DNA of 64,000 nucleotides from Vicugna vicugna (Eukaryota), in NCBI GenBank assembly GCA_013265495.1, contig MU058009.1:2110001-2174000 (forward strand). The letters are read 5' to 3'. Under the pieces are notes generated by a model. It was not told the DNA's origin and ran no database searches. It worked only from the letters and a program-made list of their open reading frames with translations. The translations under genes were made by a program, and so were the position numbers. Shown here in pieces: positions 38,690-52,419 of the stretch; positions within the stretch are counted from its first letter, which is position 1; every line of letters begins with the position of its first letter.

Positions 38690-39935
38690 TCGCCAGTTAG
38701 CTAAGACCATCCTAAAGAAGTACAAGGATGGTAAAGTACTTAACACTAACAGTAAAACTATTACAAAGGTATAGTAAGTAAGACAATAAGGCATTTGCAC
38801 AAGGTTAGAAAAACTGACTAACAGAACAGAATAGAAGCGTGTCCAGAAACAAGCCACACATATTTGGTTACCAGATTTATGACAAAGCTAACACTGTAGT
38901 GTAGCAGGGAAAGGATAATCTTTTTAATAAATAGTGTTGACTCAACTACACATCTGTATGGAAAAATGTCTTGTGATACACTCCCTCATATCTAGACAAA
39001 AATCAATCCTAGATAGGAGGGCAGATCTAAACATAAAAGGGAAAACAATAAAGCTTTTTTTGGAAAAAATATAGATCACCATCTTTGCAATGCTGGAGCG
39101 GGCAAAGATATTTTTTAACATCACCCAAAAAGCACTAACCATAAAGGAAAATCTGACAAGTTGAATTATATGAAGACCTACTCCTCAAAAGACAAAGAGT
39201 GAAAGAGTAAACCACAGAATAGGAAAAGATATTCACAATACAAGTATCTGACAAAGGACTAGCATCCAGAATATAAAGAGGAGCCTCCCCAAACAATGAG
39301 AAAAGACATACAATTCAGTAGAAATCTGGGCAAAAGAGGAACAGGCACGTAACAAAACACACAGCACCAGAGTGACTAGGTTACAAACAGCGACATCACC
39401 AGGTGCTGGTGAGGATGCAGAGAAGTTAACACTCTCAAGCACTGCTGGCCCCCTAAGATCCAGCAATTCCACTCTGAAGAATACTTACATATGTTTACCA
39501 AAAGACGTGCACTGGGATGTTCTCAGCAGCAGTGTTCATAACAGTCAAAACGGGAAATGCCCACCCACAGCTGATTAGATAAACCAGCTGGAACACAGGC
39601 ACACAATGGATGCTACACGGCAATGAGAACGAATCATCTGTAATGACACCTAACAACGTGGACAAACCTCAGAGACTGCTAAGCAGAAGAAGCCAGACAC
39701 AACAGAGAACATTCTGTATGATCCCACGCATATAAAACACAAATACAGGCAAAAATTAATCTATGCTGTCGGAAGTCTGGACACTGATGACACACAAGGG
39801 CAAGAGAGAAACTTTGTTTCTGGGTCAAGATGCTGGTTACACAGATATGGTCAGTTTGTGAAAAGTCACAAAGGTGTACATGTATGATCTGTGTACCTTT
39901 CCTGTCTGTATATTACACCAGAATAAGTTTTTTAA
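38690..39935 (+). mobile_element. Old L1 (L1M) ORF2 3' half and 3'UTR
   Basis: ATTTATGACAAAG, GGGAAAGGATAATCTTTTTAATAAATAGTGTTG, ATCTGACAAAGGACTAGCATCCAGAATATA and GAAGCCAGACACAA. Confidence 0.85.
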
Positions 39936-40324
39936 AAAGGGAAACAATCTCCATAGTTAACCTTGGTGCAGAGGGAGATGAGGTCGTCAGTCAGATCCCT
40001 AACTGCGCTCTAACTACCTGAAACCCTCTCCACTCAGAGTGTGTAGCCAGAGGAAGCCAGGGACTTGAAATGAAAGAGAGGATGAAATGACAGTGGGAAA
40101 CGCTAGACTATTTATGAATACTTCCTTGCATTTCCTTCAGAACTCCTTAGTAACCAATATCCATCCAGCTGGATATCCATCTGGTCCAATCAAGTCTAAA
40201 AGACAGAAATAATTCCAAAACTCCCAAGGTCTTCTGAATTTTGAAGTTAAATAAAATCTCCTGTTAGATTTAGATTCCAAATCTCCAGAAAGTAGATCAT
40301 AATGGGCACGTAAATTATTACATC

Positions 40325-40771
40325 ACTTAGAAATAATGTTCTTATGCACATCACAGGAAGCCCAGATTTCAGTGGCTTAAGCAAGAGAGGGGTTTACTCT
40401 TCTCATCAAGTGGAAGTTCAGAGAGAGGCACTTGCTGACACGGGTCTGGCAGCTCAAGAACATACAGGGTAAGATCTCTGCACACCTCCTGGCTTCCCTC
40501 TAAAGGCCTCCAGAATCCTAGAGCCCCAGTCTAATCTCTAGCAGGAAGGAAAGGAAACAGGTAGAGAGCTTTCAAGAAATTTTCATCCAGAAATTTCTGC
40601 TACATGTCACTGACCAGGACGATGGTACGTGGCTGCTCCAGCTGGAAAGGAAGCTAAGAAATGCAGTTGTCCCGGTGAGGCACACTCTGATTCTGACAAA
40701 ACTTACGTTCTACTGGAAAGGGAACGAGGGGAAATGGATACTGGATAGGCAATTAGGAATCTCTGCCACAG
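40325..40771. mobile_element. MaLR (MLT1-type) LTR
   Basis: CAGTGGCTTAAGCAAGAGAGGGGTTTA...TCACTGACCAGGAC...GTGGCTGCTCCAGCTGGAAAGGAAGCTAAGAAATGCAG...TCTCTGCCACA. Confidence 0.7.
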
Positions 40772-42436
40772 CTATGATGAGTACTTGATGTTTTTACTAA
40801 TATTTAATACATTTTTTAATCTAGCAGTTAACAAGTTTACTGCTCATGGCACTAGGGGCAATTTTTTGTGTTACAACTCTGGCAACTGTTTTTCCAGAAC
40901 GTTTTTCACACTATGTCCCTCGGGGAGAAATGTACAAGTCCAGACTCTACAACACTAAGAGGCCAGGCACCGCCACCATCTCTTCAGCTAGAGGTCAATG
41001 TCCAACTTGTTTTCCTTTCATATTTCAGTTTTAATCTTTTGAACAGAAAACTACAAACAAGTTGAATAAAATTTTCTAACATACTCAGTTCTTATATGTA
41101 GTAAGTTAATAATGAATTTAAAAAAAAAACCAATAGAACTTCTTAAATCCTGACAAGAGTATTTATTTCCTGACAAATTTTTCAGAATGAACAATGAACT
41201 CTCAGTCTGCCCTTTTCTGACTTCAAGCATTATCCACCATCCATCCCAATTAACTACGCTGGCACTTGCCATCTCAGGAAATCCAGCAGCACGGCGCTCT
41301 CCTGCTGGAACACAGGTATCAGAACACACACACTCCCTCTCAGGGTGGCAGGTGTGCACGATTCAGCCAGGATTTCCCTGCTCATCAGTCCCGCTCTCTT
41401 CCCTGCAGAGACCATCCACTATTAATAAAACAGAGTAGCTATTCGTCTAAAATGGTAACAATACATTTCACAGGTAATTTTAAAAAGGGGAATATTCAAT
41501 TCACTAAATGTTACACTGCAATTTTATAGCATTCTGTCAAATATAGTCTCTATTTTGTGCAAAGGTTTTACTTTTTCTGTCTTAAACAACTATCACGTTA
41601 AAGTCTAAACCAAGTTCAATACATATCACAGTAAAGACTTTAAAATAAACCAATGCTAAAATTGAATACAAGATATACATCGATTAACCCAAGGAAGATG
41701 AAATTTTTTTTTAATCTTTGGAACATTTAGGACTGTCTCCTCTGCGGGATGCCTACGTTGCTAGCTCCAATTTCCTTCTCTTGTTTCCTCTAGAGCAGGG
41801 ACTGGGAGGCTGCTCGCCTGCCGCTCTCTGTTCCTCCCTGTCCTGCTTTTTATCCCCAGCCAGCCCCTTCCTACCTCATTCTCTCTCAGCTATCCCATTC
41901 CCTCCACAGCCACCAGCCCCTCCTTTCTACATGCCCACCTCGATGAGGAGCTGGTCTCCAGGAAAGCCAACCCCTAGAGGCCATGCTCATCTTAGGCAAT
42001 TTAAACAGGCCCAAAAAAAAGTCTGAAGAACTTCTGGCAATAAACTGCTGTATTTCACAAGAGTAGCTGATAAACCAAGACTCAATGCTAAATCTTCTCA
42101 GCAATTTTTCATATAAGTGTAACGAACAAAATTCTCCAAGTATCAATCAGTTAAGGATTTACGTTAAACTTCTGGTAAATCAGGATTCTAATATAACATA
42201 AATGTATTTAGAAGAGTTGCTAAAAAGTTAATCATTTTTCTTATAACTACCATACTAATTTTTCCCACCCTCTTTTCACTCACAAAGGCAAAGCTCCTCC
42301 TGAAGTCAGAGACTCAATCCTAATGACTCCAGTTAAGCAATATGACCACACATATTATCACGTATAAACCAAATCATGGTGCTGACCACTGATCAGAAAG
42401 AGAACTACCTAAATGTATATGAAAAGAAATACACAA

Positions 42437-43119
42437 ATGTGCATCCACTATAGAAAACAGTATGGAGATTCCTTAAAAAACTAAAAATAGAGTTACCATG
42501 TGATCCAGCAACCCTATTCCTGGGCGTGCATCTGGAAAAGATAAAAACTCTAATTTGAAAAGATACATGCACCTCAATTTTCACAGCAGCCCTACATACA
42601 ATAGCCAAGACATGGAAGTAACCTAAATGTCCAGCAACAGACGACTAGGATGAAGAAGATGTGGTATATATACACAATGGAATATTCTGAGTCATAAAAA
42701 GAGAATGAAATATTGCCATTTGCAGCAACATCGATGGACCTAGAAATTATCATACTAAGTGAAGTTAACTCAAAGACAAATATTACATCACTTTCATGTG
42801 GAATCTAAAAAATAATACAAATGAACTTATTTACAAAACAGACTCACAGACACAGAAAACAATCTAATGGTTACCAAAGGGAAAGGGGGGGGCAGGGATA
42901 AATTAGGAGTGTGGGATTAACAGATACACACTGCTATATATAAAACAGATAAACAAGGATTTACTGTATAGCACAGGGAACTATGTTCAAGTTGTTGTAA
43001 TAACCTATAATGGAAAAGAATCTGAAAAAGAATCTGAAACACTCTGCTGTACACCTGAAACTAACAAGCTATTGTAAATCAACTGTACTTCAATTTAAAA
43101 AATTAAAAATACATTTAAA
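42437..43119 (+). mobile_element. 5'-truncated L1 with TSD
   Basis: ORF2 C-terminal and 3'UTR motifs with an A-rich tail. 15-bp TSD AAAAGAAATACACAA (42422-42436) / AAAAGAAATGCACAA (43120-43134). Confidence 0.93.
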
Positions 43120-45454
43120 AAAAGAAATGCACAAGCACATTACTGATGGGAAGCACATGCTCTATTTAATAGTAAGTGCATAAATTTCAAATACAACCTT
43201 CTTGCTTTATTAATCACGGGTAAGAGAGATATGCAACAATATAAGCCAGAGCCAGATTTTTCTTCAAAATGGTAATATTAATAGTATTGATTCCTCAAAC
43301 TTTCCAAGGACAAGATTTGAAAAAAACTCTGTTATCTGAGCCCAGTTTGAGGGCTGGCTACTGCAACCAAGAGAAGTAATTCAAAGGCTGGACTACTCTA
43401 TATCTGCAAAACAGATGCTATGTTCACGGTATCCTCATGTTGTGATACGTTACCAGATTTTTATCAATCACCTTGGAAGAAAGAAAAAAAAAGTAAGACT
43501 CCCACAAATGCCATTATTCCTACTTTCTCACATAGAAAACAATACTTTTCCTGTGGATTTATTAACTCATTCATTCATTTGACAAATATTTATGGATTTC
43601 ACTGTCTCAATAATGCCCAACCTTTAAGCAATGTAAAAAGAAAGCTAAGGAATCAGTGTCACCCAGATACAAAAGGACTTTTCAACCAGAAAAGCTGAAG
43701 GATAGCTTTTAAAAAGAAGATAACAAGAACTGCAGAGGAAGAAACCGCGAGCGCCCAGCAGCCTTATTGATGCATAAAACGACGGTAACTAACGCTGCCG
43801 TTTTCCTGAGTGGAGACAGCATCCTTACAGAGACGATCACTTTGAAATATGAACATCTGATTAGACTTGGCTGTGTGGACATGAGAGTCTTCTGAGACCA
43901 ATAAGAATTTCTTCCAATTAAGCTTTTCGTTTTTTGGACTTTTTGCTTTTTTGTTTTTCTGGAGGAGGGTCATTCAATAATTCCATAGAAAGCCAGGGAA
44001 AAGCACATCCCAAGTCTACTGGCAACTTTTCCCATCCTCAAACAATTCCTCGTTCAGATGCACAGCCACAGGAGTTCAAAGGTCACTGGCGTCTTTGTAC
44101 TCAGTTCCATGGTAGTTACAAACAAACTTTTGTCCCCATTCCATCAGTGACAGGGGCTGCAACAACTACACTGACCGAACTTTTACATCTGAGGCCTGCA
44201 AGTGCATTACTTAACTGAAGGGCCATAGTATTTCATTTACACTTAGACTAAAATTATTAAATCTCTTTTGTGAAATAAAATAATTTATTTACCTGGTCAT
44301 AAATGAATGTTGATTCTAGCCAAGCACAAAGAACATCACTGGCAGTAATGGTCTTATGATTTCTTGTCAGAATCATCATACTTCTTAAAACACGACTTTG
44401 TAAAGCTTGTGCTAAAGACTGTTTTTCAGGATTTTTCTCATCCCTGTTGGCTTTTCTCTATTTTAAATCATACATGATAAAAAGTGGAGAAATATATTAT
44501 GGGATTTTATACAGAGCTGTAAATCCAAAAGTTCTTTCTAAAATGTTACAGTAAATATATCTAAATAAGAAATCTCGAAGTTATAAAATGTATTTTTAAA
44601 ATAGAAAAGAGTCTAAAAAATATGTATTAATAAAAATAATATAAATGTAGTATTATAATTTAGAATACAAGTAATTTAACCTTTATATACTTCAACAACT
44701 CTTTAAGCATAAAAGTCATTTATTAAAACTCCCCATTTAAACCAATTTTTAAATAAATTCCTACTATTTTCATGTGCTAACAGCAACCTCCAAAATCTAT
44801 TCGTACAATAAAATTCTGTTATTATAGTTAAATAATTAATCAAAAAATAATTACCCCAAAAATTAACTAATAAGTAATCAAAAAGAAATTACATAAGCAT
44901 CTCTGAAATAAAATTTTAGCAGCAGAGCCAAGAACTAAATGAACACAAATCAGCTGTTGAGATGCCGAGAGGACTTGGCCTGTACAGAGATGAGAGACAG
45001 ATTCCTCCACACAGAAAACTTTCCCTATCTGATTCTAACTAAGGGAAATGCTTCTGGAAGGTTGAAATACTTCTTAAAATTTACTGAGACACCAACAGTG
45101 CACTAAAAACCATACTCCTCAGAGCAAACGGGTCCAATCTCATATCTTTCTTCATTTTAATGAGCATACAGTAGAAAGGAATACAGCTGAAAGAAGCAAG
45201 AAAGAAAATGCAAATGACAACACCCATGGGAATACCGAAATACTGTTGAAACTGAGCATAATCTGGCTTTAGACAAGGCTAAACAAATGAAAGGGATTTA
45301 AGGTAAAGGAAAAGTTACTCCAGAGTTTCTTGCATAAACTTTGGTAAATGAGAAATAATTCTAAACCACTAGTGCCTTTATAGGCTTATTGAACCAAGAG
45401 ATTCTTTTTTTCTACTTCTACTAAAGTCCATAATCCTAAATCCCTCACGCTCAC

Positions 45455-47146
45455 TGAGGCACTATTCACAGCAGCCAAGACATGAAGAGAGCCTGAGTGT
45501 CCATCGATGGATGAATGAACAGACAATGTGGGGTGGCTGTTGGGGGGGTGGGGGGTGTGTACAGAAAAGAATATTACTCGGTCATAAAAAAAATTTTTCA
45601 ACAAGGGTACCAAGACCATTCAGTTGGAAAAGGACAGTCTTTTCAACAATGGTATTGGGAAACTGGATACCTACACGCAAAAAAAAAAAAAAATCACTGG
45701 ACACATACCTTATTCAATATAGAAAAATTAACTCAAACTGGACCAAAGAGCCAAACAAAAGAGCTAAAACTATAAAACTCTTAGAAGGAAACATAACCAA
45801 AAAACTTCATGACACTGAATTTGGCAATTTTTTTGGATATGACACCAAAAGCACAGGCAACAAAAGACAAAATAGAAAAGCTGGACTTCATCACAATTAA
45901 ACACTTTTGTACATCAAAGAACATCATCAACAGAGTGAAAAGGCAATCCACAGAATGGAAGAAAATACTTGAAATCATGTATCTGGTAAGAGACTGATAT
46001 CCAGAATATAAAAGAACAGCAACAAAAAAAAAAAACCTGGTTTTAAAAAAATAGACAAAGGACTTGAATAGACACTTCTCCAAAGATGACAGAAAAATCG
46101 CCATCAAGTATATGAAAAAATGCTCAACGCCACTATCAGTAAGAATGCAAATCAAAACCACAATGGATACCACTTCACATCCATTAGGATGGCTCCTAGC
46201 AAAAGAAAAAAAAAAGAGAATTATAAGAGCTGATGAGGATGTGGAGAAATTGAACACTTGTGCACTGCTGGTGGGAATGTAAAATGGTACAGCTGCCGTG
46301 TAAAACAGTGTGGTAGTTCCTCAGAAAGTTAGAAATAGAAATTACCAAACAATCCAGCAATTTTACTTCTGCATATATATTCAAAACAACTGGAAGTGGG
46401 ATCTCAAAGAGATAATCTGCCACCCATGTTTGCAGCAGCACTATTCACCACAGCCGAGAGACCACAGCCGAGAGACAGAAGCAACCCAAGTGTCCATCAA
46501 TGGATGAACAGATAAACAAAATGTAATACATACATACAGTGGAATTTTTTATTTTTTATTGAAATATGTTGATTTACAAATTGTGTTAGTTTCTGGTATA
46601 TAGCAGCGTGATTCAGTTATACATATGTATTATTTTCCATCATGATTCATTACAGGATATTGAATATAGATCCCTGTGCTACATACACAGTAGGACCTTG
46701 TTGTTTATCTATTTTCTATCTAGTAGTGTGTATCTGCTAACTCCAAACTCCTAATTTACGCATACATAAACTCATAATTTATATATAAATGGGGTATTAT
46801 TCAGTCTTAAAATGGAAGGAAATCTTGTCACATGTTACATGGTTGAACCCTGAGGACATTACATTAAGTGAAATGAGTCAGTCACAAAAAGACAGATAGT
46901 GTATGACGCCACTATTATGAGGTATCTAAAGTAGTCACATTCATAGAAACGGAAAGTAGAATGGTGGGAACCAGGGGCTGCAGGGAGTGGAAATGAGCTG
47001 CTGTGGAACAGACTATTGGTTCTGCGGGATGAAAAAGTTCTAGAGATCTGTTTCACAACAATGTGAATATACTTGAAACTACTGAACACCTAAAAATGGT
47101 TAAGATAGTAAATCCTGTTATGTAAATTTTACCACAATAAAAAAAT
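45455..47146 (+). mobile_element. L1 (L1MB-like) ORF2 3' part and 3'UTR, compound
   Basis: Supplied ORFs give L1 ORF2p fragments (FLDMTPKAQATKDKIEKLDFITIKHFCTSK, MNRHFSKDD...MQIKTT). Ends in TTTTACCACAATAAAAAAA. Confidence 0.92.
46545..46760 (-). mobile_element. Younger L1 3' end nested antisense inside the older L1
   Basis: TTTTTATTGAAATATGTTGATTTACAA...TCCCTGTGCTA...GTAGGACCTTGTTGTTTATCTATTTT interrupts the host L1 at its TGGAAT/TATT motif. Confidence 0.85.
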
Positions 47147-47987
47147 TAGCACGAGTAACTGTTTTATGGGGCAACTGTGATGATAAACCAGGTAACACAT
47201 GCGGGAGGCCCAGAGCAGTTCCTGGCATATTCAAAAATAAGTAAATGCTGGCAGTAACAGTGGCTACTGATCATATTAATAAGACAGATCTGTATCATTT
47301 AGTGAAACTAAATCCTGAATTGAAAATTATAAAAAAGCTTTCCTTGAAAATCAAGCAAGAGAGTTTGGTAAGTATAGTAGCGAGAACATTTAATAAGTAT
47401 AGCAGGAACAGGGAACCTCTGATGGTTCTTGATCCGTTAAACACAACAAAACTCACGTTTAAGGAGGTGGGTATGACAAACCAGATCAAACACAAAGTCA
47501 AGTCTGGGAGAAGTAACACAAAGACATTGAGAAAAGTGCTACAATGATGTTCCAGTCATGACCTGGAACTCAAAAACAAGGGAAAAGAGAACCTGTATTA
47601 GAATGCTAGGCAACTATCCTTCAAATCTGTGCTTCAACCAATAAACACACCCCCTCATAGAAGCTATGTTGGCTAGCAGTCAATACCCAAAAGCCAACTT
47701 AGTTGCGTATATTTCACAGGTTTCATCCCTATCACAAGTTCTAATAAAAATAAGCATAAAATTATAAAAAGCCTAACCCTTCACCACTCAGAAAGCCTTT
47801 ACCATTAAATCCTGGATCATCTAGAAGCAACAGAGTTGAAATGAATGAACATCACTCTCTGCTCTCATTGACAACCTGTTCCCAAGTAGGGAGAAAGACA
47901 AATTATCTCTCACACATTCTATTACCTATCACCATAATAAAGACACCAACACACAAAGTAAAACCCTGATTACTTAAAACCCTTAGA

Positions 47988-48062
47988 GCAGGGTTCCTCA
48001 ACTTGGCACTACTGGCCTTTCAACCAGATTGGGGGGCGGGGCGAGGGGGAGTCCTGTGCATG
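47988..48062 (+). mobile_element. MER20 5' fragment
   Basis: CAGGGTTCCTCAACTTGGCACTACTG...GTCCTGTGCAT. Confidence 0.6.
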
Positions 48063-49485
48063 AGTGACAGAGAATTAGTTACTCTAAATGTAAGAATATG
48101 AATCTTGGAAACAGTCCTTTCTCAGCTCAAGTAAAATGTTTAGAAATCATTTCACATCAGTATAGAGTGGTAATGAGGAAAAGCACAGGTACCCTGAGGT
48201 CAAACAGGCCTTGATTTGAATTCGGAATCAATCCACCACTTACGTAATTTGAGCAAGTGACCACATATTTCTGAGGTTTAAATAAAATAACATTTGTAAA
48301 GATCAATACAAAATGGGCATTAAATAAAAAGGGAAGTGAATTTACATTTATATGCCAGAACGTTCTTATTATAACCGGTTTATGAAAGAACTACTTCTAT
48401 AATGTATTCTATATTTTCCTGCTTTAATGTAATCTAACCTTTTATAAACACCCTGGAGGTGTGTTTTAATGGTTAAAGCACAGATGTCAAGGATGGCTGC
48501 TTAGCATTCTAATATAAGTTCTCTGTTCCCTTGGTTTTGAGTTTCAAACACATTGACCATTTCAGACAAACATCACTAAAATAACTAAATATGACACTAA
48601 TCTAGGGAAGGGAGCTATCAAAGTGGGTAACACAAATCAAGTTTCAAGATGCTGGATCCATTATCTGAATCACATAAAAATGGTACCATTTAGTAAGGAT
48701 TGAATGTAAAGCTGAGTCTTTCAGTTAAAAAGTAACAATAACGGGTGACAACATAAAGGTGCAATAGAAAAACTCTGAAGAATGTAATTGCCTGTGTGCC
48801 CTAACTGAACCAGATACGACAGGCTGTCCAAAAAAACACAAAGGTACAAGAAAACCAATTTGGGTTAATAGAGAGAATATACCAAAATAAGAGACAGAAG
48901 AATGGAGTTCTCATTTCCGCTGCCCTACTTGAGCGAGAATATGGAGCTAGATTAAGCCACTTAACCTGGATCTACAGCCTCATTAATAAGAAGGGCACCA
49001 ACCTACTCTGACACCTCCAACACTGTCTGGAGGACCCAACAGTGATGGTTGATAAAAAATGCTCTCAAAGCTGAATGTAACCCTTTAAATCATGACACCT
49101 GCAGGGTCACCATGTAACAGTCTAGAGCAGGGTCTCCCAATCTTTTGCACTTAGGACATATACATAAAGCTCTGGTCCAGGCACACTGGAGGAACCACAC
49201 TGCTGGTGGCCACAGGTGATCAGCCAGAAGCTCCTGCCACTCCGTCACTGACAATCCTCTCTGAGGACTAAGGAAGTCAGTATCTCTGCCCCACCTGCAA
49301 CACATTCAGAGCATCAGCTGGCACCCCGGTTAGGAAGCTCCAGTTAAAATGCGATGTCTAAGCTGGAGCACTATAAGAGGGAATTTAATTTTTTCCACAA
49401 TAACCAGCTCTAGAAAAAAGAATCAAGACCAGAGTCTGACACGACAGAACAGTGCTACCTTTGATCTAAGCAACGGGGCCTGTCC

Positions 49486-50077
49486 CAGGCCGGGATCTTT
49501 GCAGGACCATGCACTGGCCTCCCTCTCCACCTTGACCATGTGGCCAGTTGTTTTCAGGACCTAAAAGGTATGCCCAACTGCAGCCTACACATCCCAGCCC
49601 TCAACCTGCCAGGACCCCAGAATTCCCCGCCTACTTCTAGGGTTTGCTAAGACCTCTTCCCTGAGCAGAAGCTCCCAAGGGCAGGTGACCCCCTGCCAAC
49701 ATCATTTCCATCCCTAGGCCCAAAGAATGATCAAAGAGCTGCTGTCTGAAGGGTGTACGGGGATGCACAGGCTCGAGCGCCCACACATGTGCACATGCAG
49801 GAAGCCCCTCATGCGAGGAGCCTGGAGTGAGCCGGGGACCTTGCACTACAGGCTGGTTCTTTGCCCTTTACTACGTTCTGGAGTAGAACTCAGAGGAGTC
49901 TGAGAATTCACTGTTTGACTCTGATTTAGGTCATTATGAAGTTTTCTTTTTAAGGTAGGTAATGGAACATCTTTATCAATTAGCTTGATTAATAACTCGT
50001 AAATGTTTAGACATATGGCATATGGCCTTCCATTTGTATTCTTGCCCGGAGTCCCAAAAACGTTGGGGATGGGCCTG
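49486..50077. mobile_element. hAT-Tip100 non-autonomous element (MER115-like)
   Basis: Right end TTTAGACATATGGCATATGGCCTTCCATTTGTATTCTTGCCC...GGGCCTG matches the recalled MER115 terminus. Left end CAGGCCGGG...TTTGCAGGACC is an imperfect inverted repeat. Confidence 0.65.
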
Positions 50078-51174
50078 GAAAACGATCTAAAAATCTTATC
50101 ATAGGAGGAACACTAGAAAATGAGCACATTTAGCCTGGAAAGAGAAAAGGCTGGCAGGAGGATCAAAGGACCAGCCACTTCTCACATGACAGCTAAAGGC
50201 CATCATGTGAAACACAGAGCAGGTCTTCGTGGTGCTGGAAATGCAGGCGGGTACATTCCACTCTAACAAACAACAGTCCCTATAATGAGGAATTTTAAAC
50301 AATAAGAACTCATTTTAAAAAGAGTCAGGCTGTCAGGTGAGTGAGTTTTCAGACACTGAAAATACAGAAGCAGAGGCTATGTGCTTATCTTCCAAGGATA
50401 ACGCGGAAGGAGCTCTGCCCTGGGATGAGGTAAGACCACACATTACCTAGAGGCCTACGTACCTGCAGTATGAACACGCAGCTCTACGTGCAGAGATAAG
50501 TGGCACGAGACACAAGGCAAAATGGAAATTAAGCCCTCGGGTAACCTTTCTCTATTAAAAAGTCCCTGCTGTCAGCTTACTCTTGTCATTTGCCTCCTCA
50601 TAAAAATGGAGGTGAATTCCTCCGTTCTACAAAATTAATTACGTAAGACTAAAGCAGCCTTGTCTCAGGGATTTTTCCATCCTCCAGAAAACCATAACCT
50701 TCCCTGCTGCTTCCAGGATCCTCTGATTTATCATTATCACTGAAAAGCTTGTCTTCCATTCCCATGATGGATGGCACCTCCCTGTCATCAACAAATACAC
50801 ATTAAATAGGAATGCAGAGGGTACAGCACATACCTAGACAGAGTCCGTGCACCTCAAATAGCTTGCAGAGAAAGGGATTATAAAATTAAAACTTAAGCAA
50901 ATAAATAAAAACTAACAGGAAGAAAATAAATGATGCTTTGCTTTCCCCTGAGGGAAATAAAAAAGAAATGAGACAATATAGAAGAAATGAGACAACACGG
51001 AAAGACTGGGGTACTGAATGCATATAGGTAACCACAGCAGCTTCTCTAGGGTAGAAGACAGCAGTCACAGGAAGATCGGAAGGAAATGCATTCTAAACAA
51101 AAGGAACAGCAATTATAAACCCCTGGAAAGGTACAGGCTCAGCTTGTTCAAGGGATAAAAAAGAACATCCCCCA

Positions 51175-52065
51175 CGACACACCAATCAGAAGGGCCAAAC
51201 TCCAGAACACTTAGCCCACCTGATGCAGGCAAGGATGTGGAACAACAGGGACTCCCATTCATCACTGGTGGGAATGCATCCGCTCTGGAAAACAGTTTGG
51301 CGGTTTCTTACAAAGCAAAACATACACTTACCATACAATCCAGCAATCACACTCCTTGGTATTTACCCAAATGAGTTGAAAACTTATGTCCACAAAAACG
51401 TGCACACAGATTACTATAGTAATTTTATTCATAACTGTCAAAACTTGGAAGTCACTAAGATGTTCTTCAGCAGATGAATGGATAAACTGTGGTCCATCTA
51501 GACAATGGAATATTATTCAGTGCTAAAAAGAAATGAGCTATCAAACCATGAAAAGACATGAAAGAAACTTAAACACAAATTACTAAGTGAAAGAAGCCAA
51601 TCTGAAAAAGCTACATATTGTATGGTTCCAACTATATGACATTCTGGAAATGACAAAACTATAGAGTCATTAAACAGACCATGGGCAGGGAAAAGGACAG
51701 GAGATGGGGGAAGAGGAGGGATGAGGGATGAATAAGCAAAGCACAGCGGATTTCTAGGCCAGTGAAACTGCTCTGTATGATACTATCATAGTGGATGTAT
51801 GTCACTACAAATTTGTCCAGACCCATAGAATGTAAACAGCAATGAACCCTAATAGAACCAGGGACTGTGGCTGATAGCGGCCTGTTACTGCAGGCTCATC
51901 GGCTGTATGTAACAGACGCACCACTCAGGTGGGCAATGTTGACAGCACGGGAGGCTGCGCCTGTGCGGGGGCAGGCAGTATTCGGGAAATAAATCTCTGT
52001 ACCTTCTGCTCAATTTTGCTGTGAACCTAAAAGTGCTCAAAATATAAAGTCTACGAAAAAAAAAA
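51175..52065 (+). mobile_element. L1 (L1MC-like) 3' end
   Basis: ORF fragment LWKTVWRFLTKQNIHLPYNPAITLLGIYPNELKTYVH; 3'UTR AAATCTCTGTACCTTCTGCTCAATTTTGCTGTGAACCTAAAA followed by an A tail. Confidence 0.92.
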
Positions 52066-52154
52066 GAAGAAGAAGAAGATCCCTGCAGTCCAGGGAGCAA
52101 AGAAGAGAACTGAGGAAGATGAGGCTGGAGAGGGAGCCAGGAGCCAGGCCACGC

Positions 52155-52360
52155 CCCACAGACGTTTCGGACTACATTGCTGTCCGCTGTGGGGCTGCCC
52201 TGAGCGCTGCAGGACACCCAGCAGCAACCCTGGCCTCTCCCCACTAGAGGACAGCAGCACACCCCACCACCACCCGACCCCCTATCCTGCCCACCAGCAA
52301 TGGCTGCAGACACTGCCAACTGTCCTTTAAGGGCAAAATCTTCCCTGACTGAAAACCCTG
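52155..52360 (+). mobile_element. MER20 DNA transposon
   Basis: TGTGGGGCTGCCCTG...AGCAGCAACCCTGGCCTCTCCCCACTAGA...CAGACACTGCCAACTGTCC...GGGCAAAATC...TGAAAACCCTG. Confidence 0.85.
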
Positions 52361-52419
52361 ATACAGGGCCTCCTAAGTGGCCATGGTGGAGGTTTGTTTC
52401 CAAAATAAACAACTTTTTT

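Noticed and set aside
45511..46507. Multiple ORFs with reverse-transcriptase-element similarity
   Set aside because: Frameshifted fragments of a dead L1 ORF2, not a gene or an active element.
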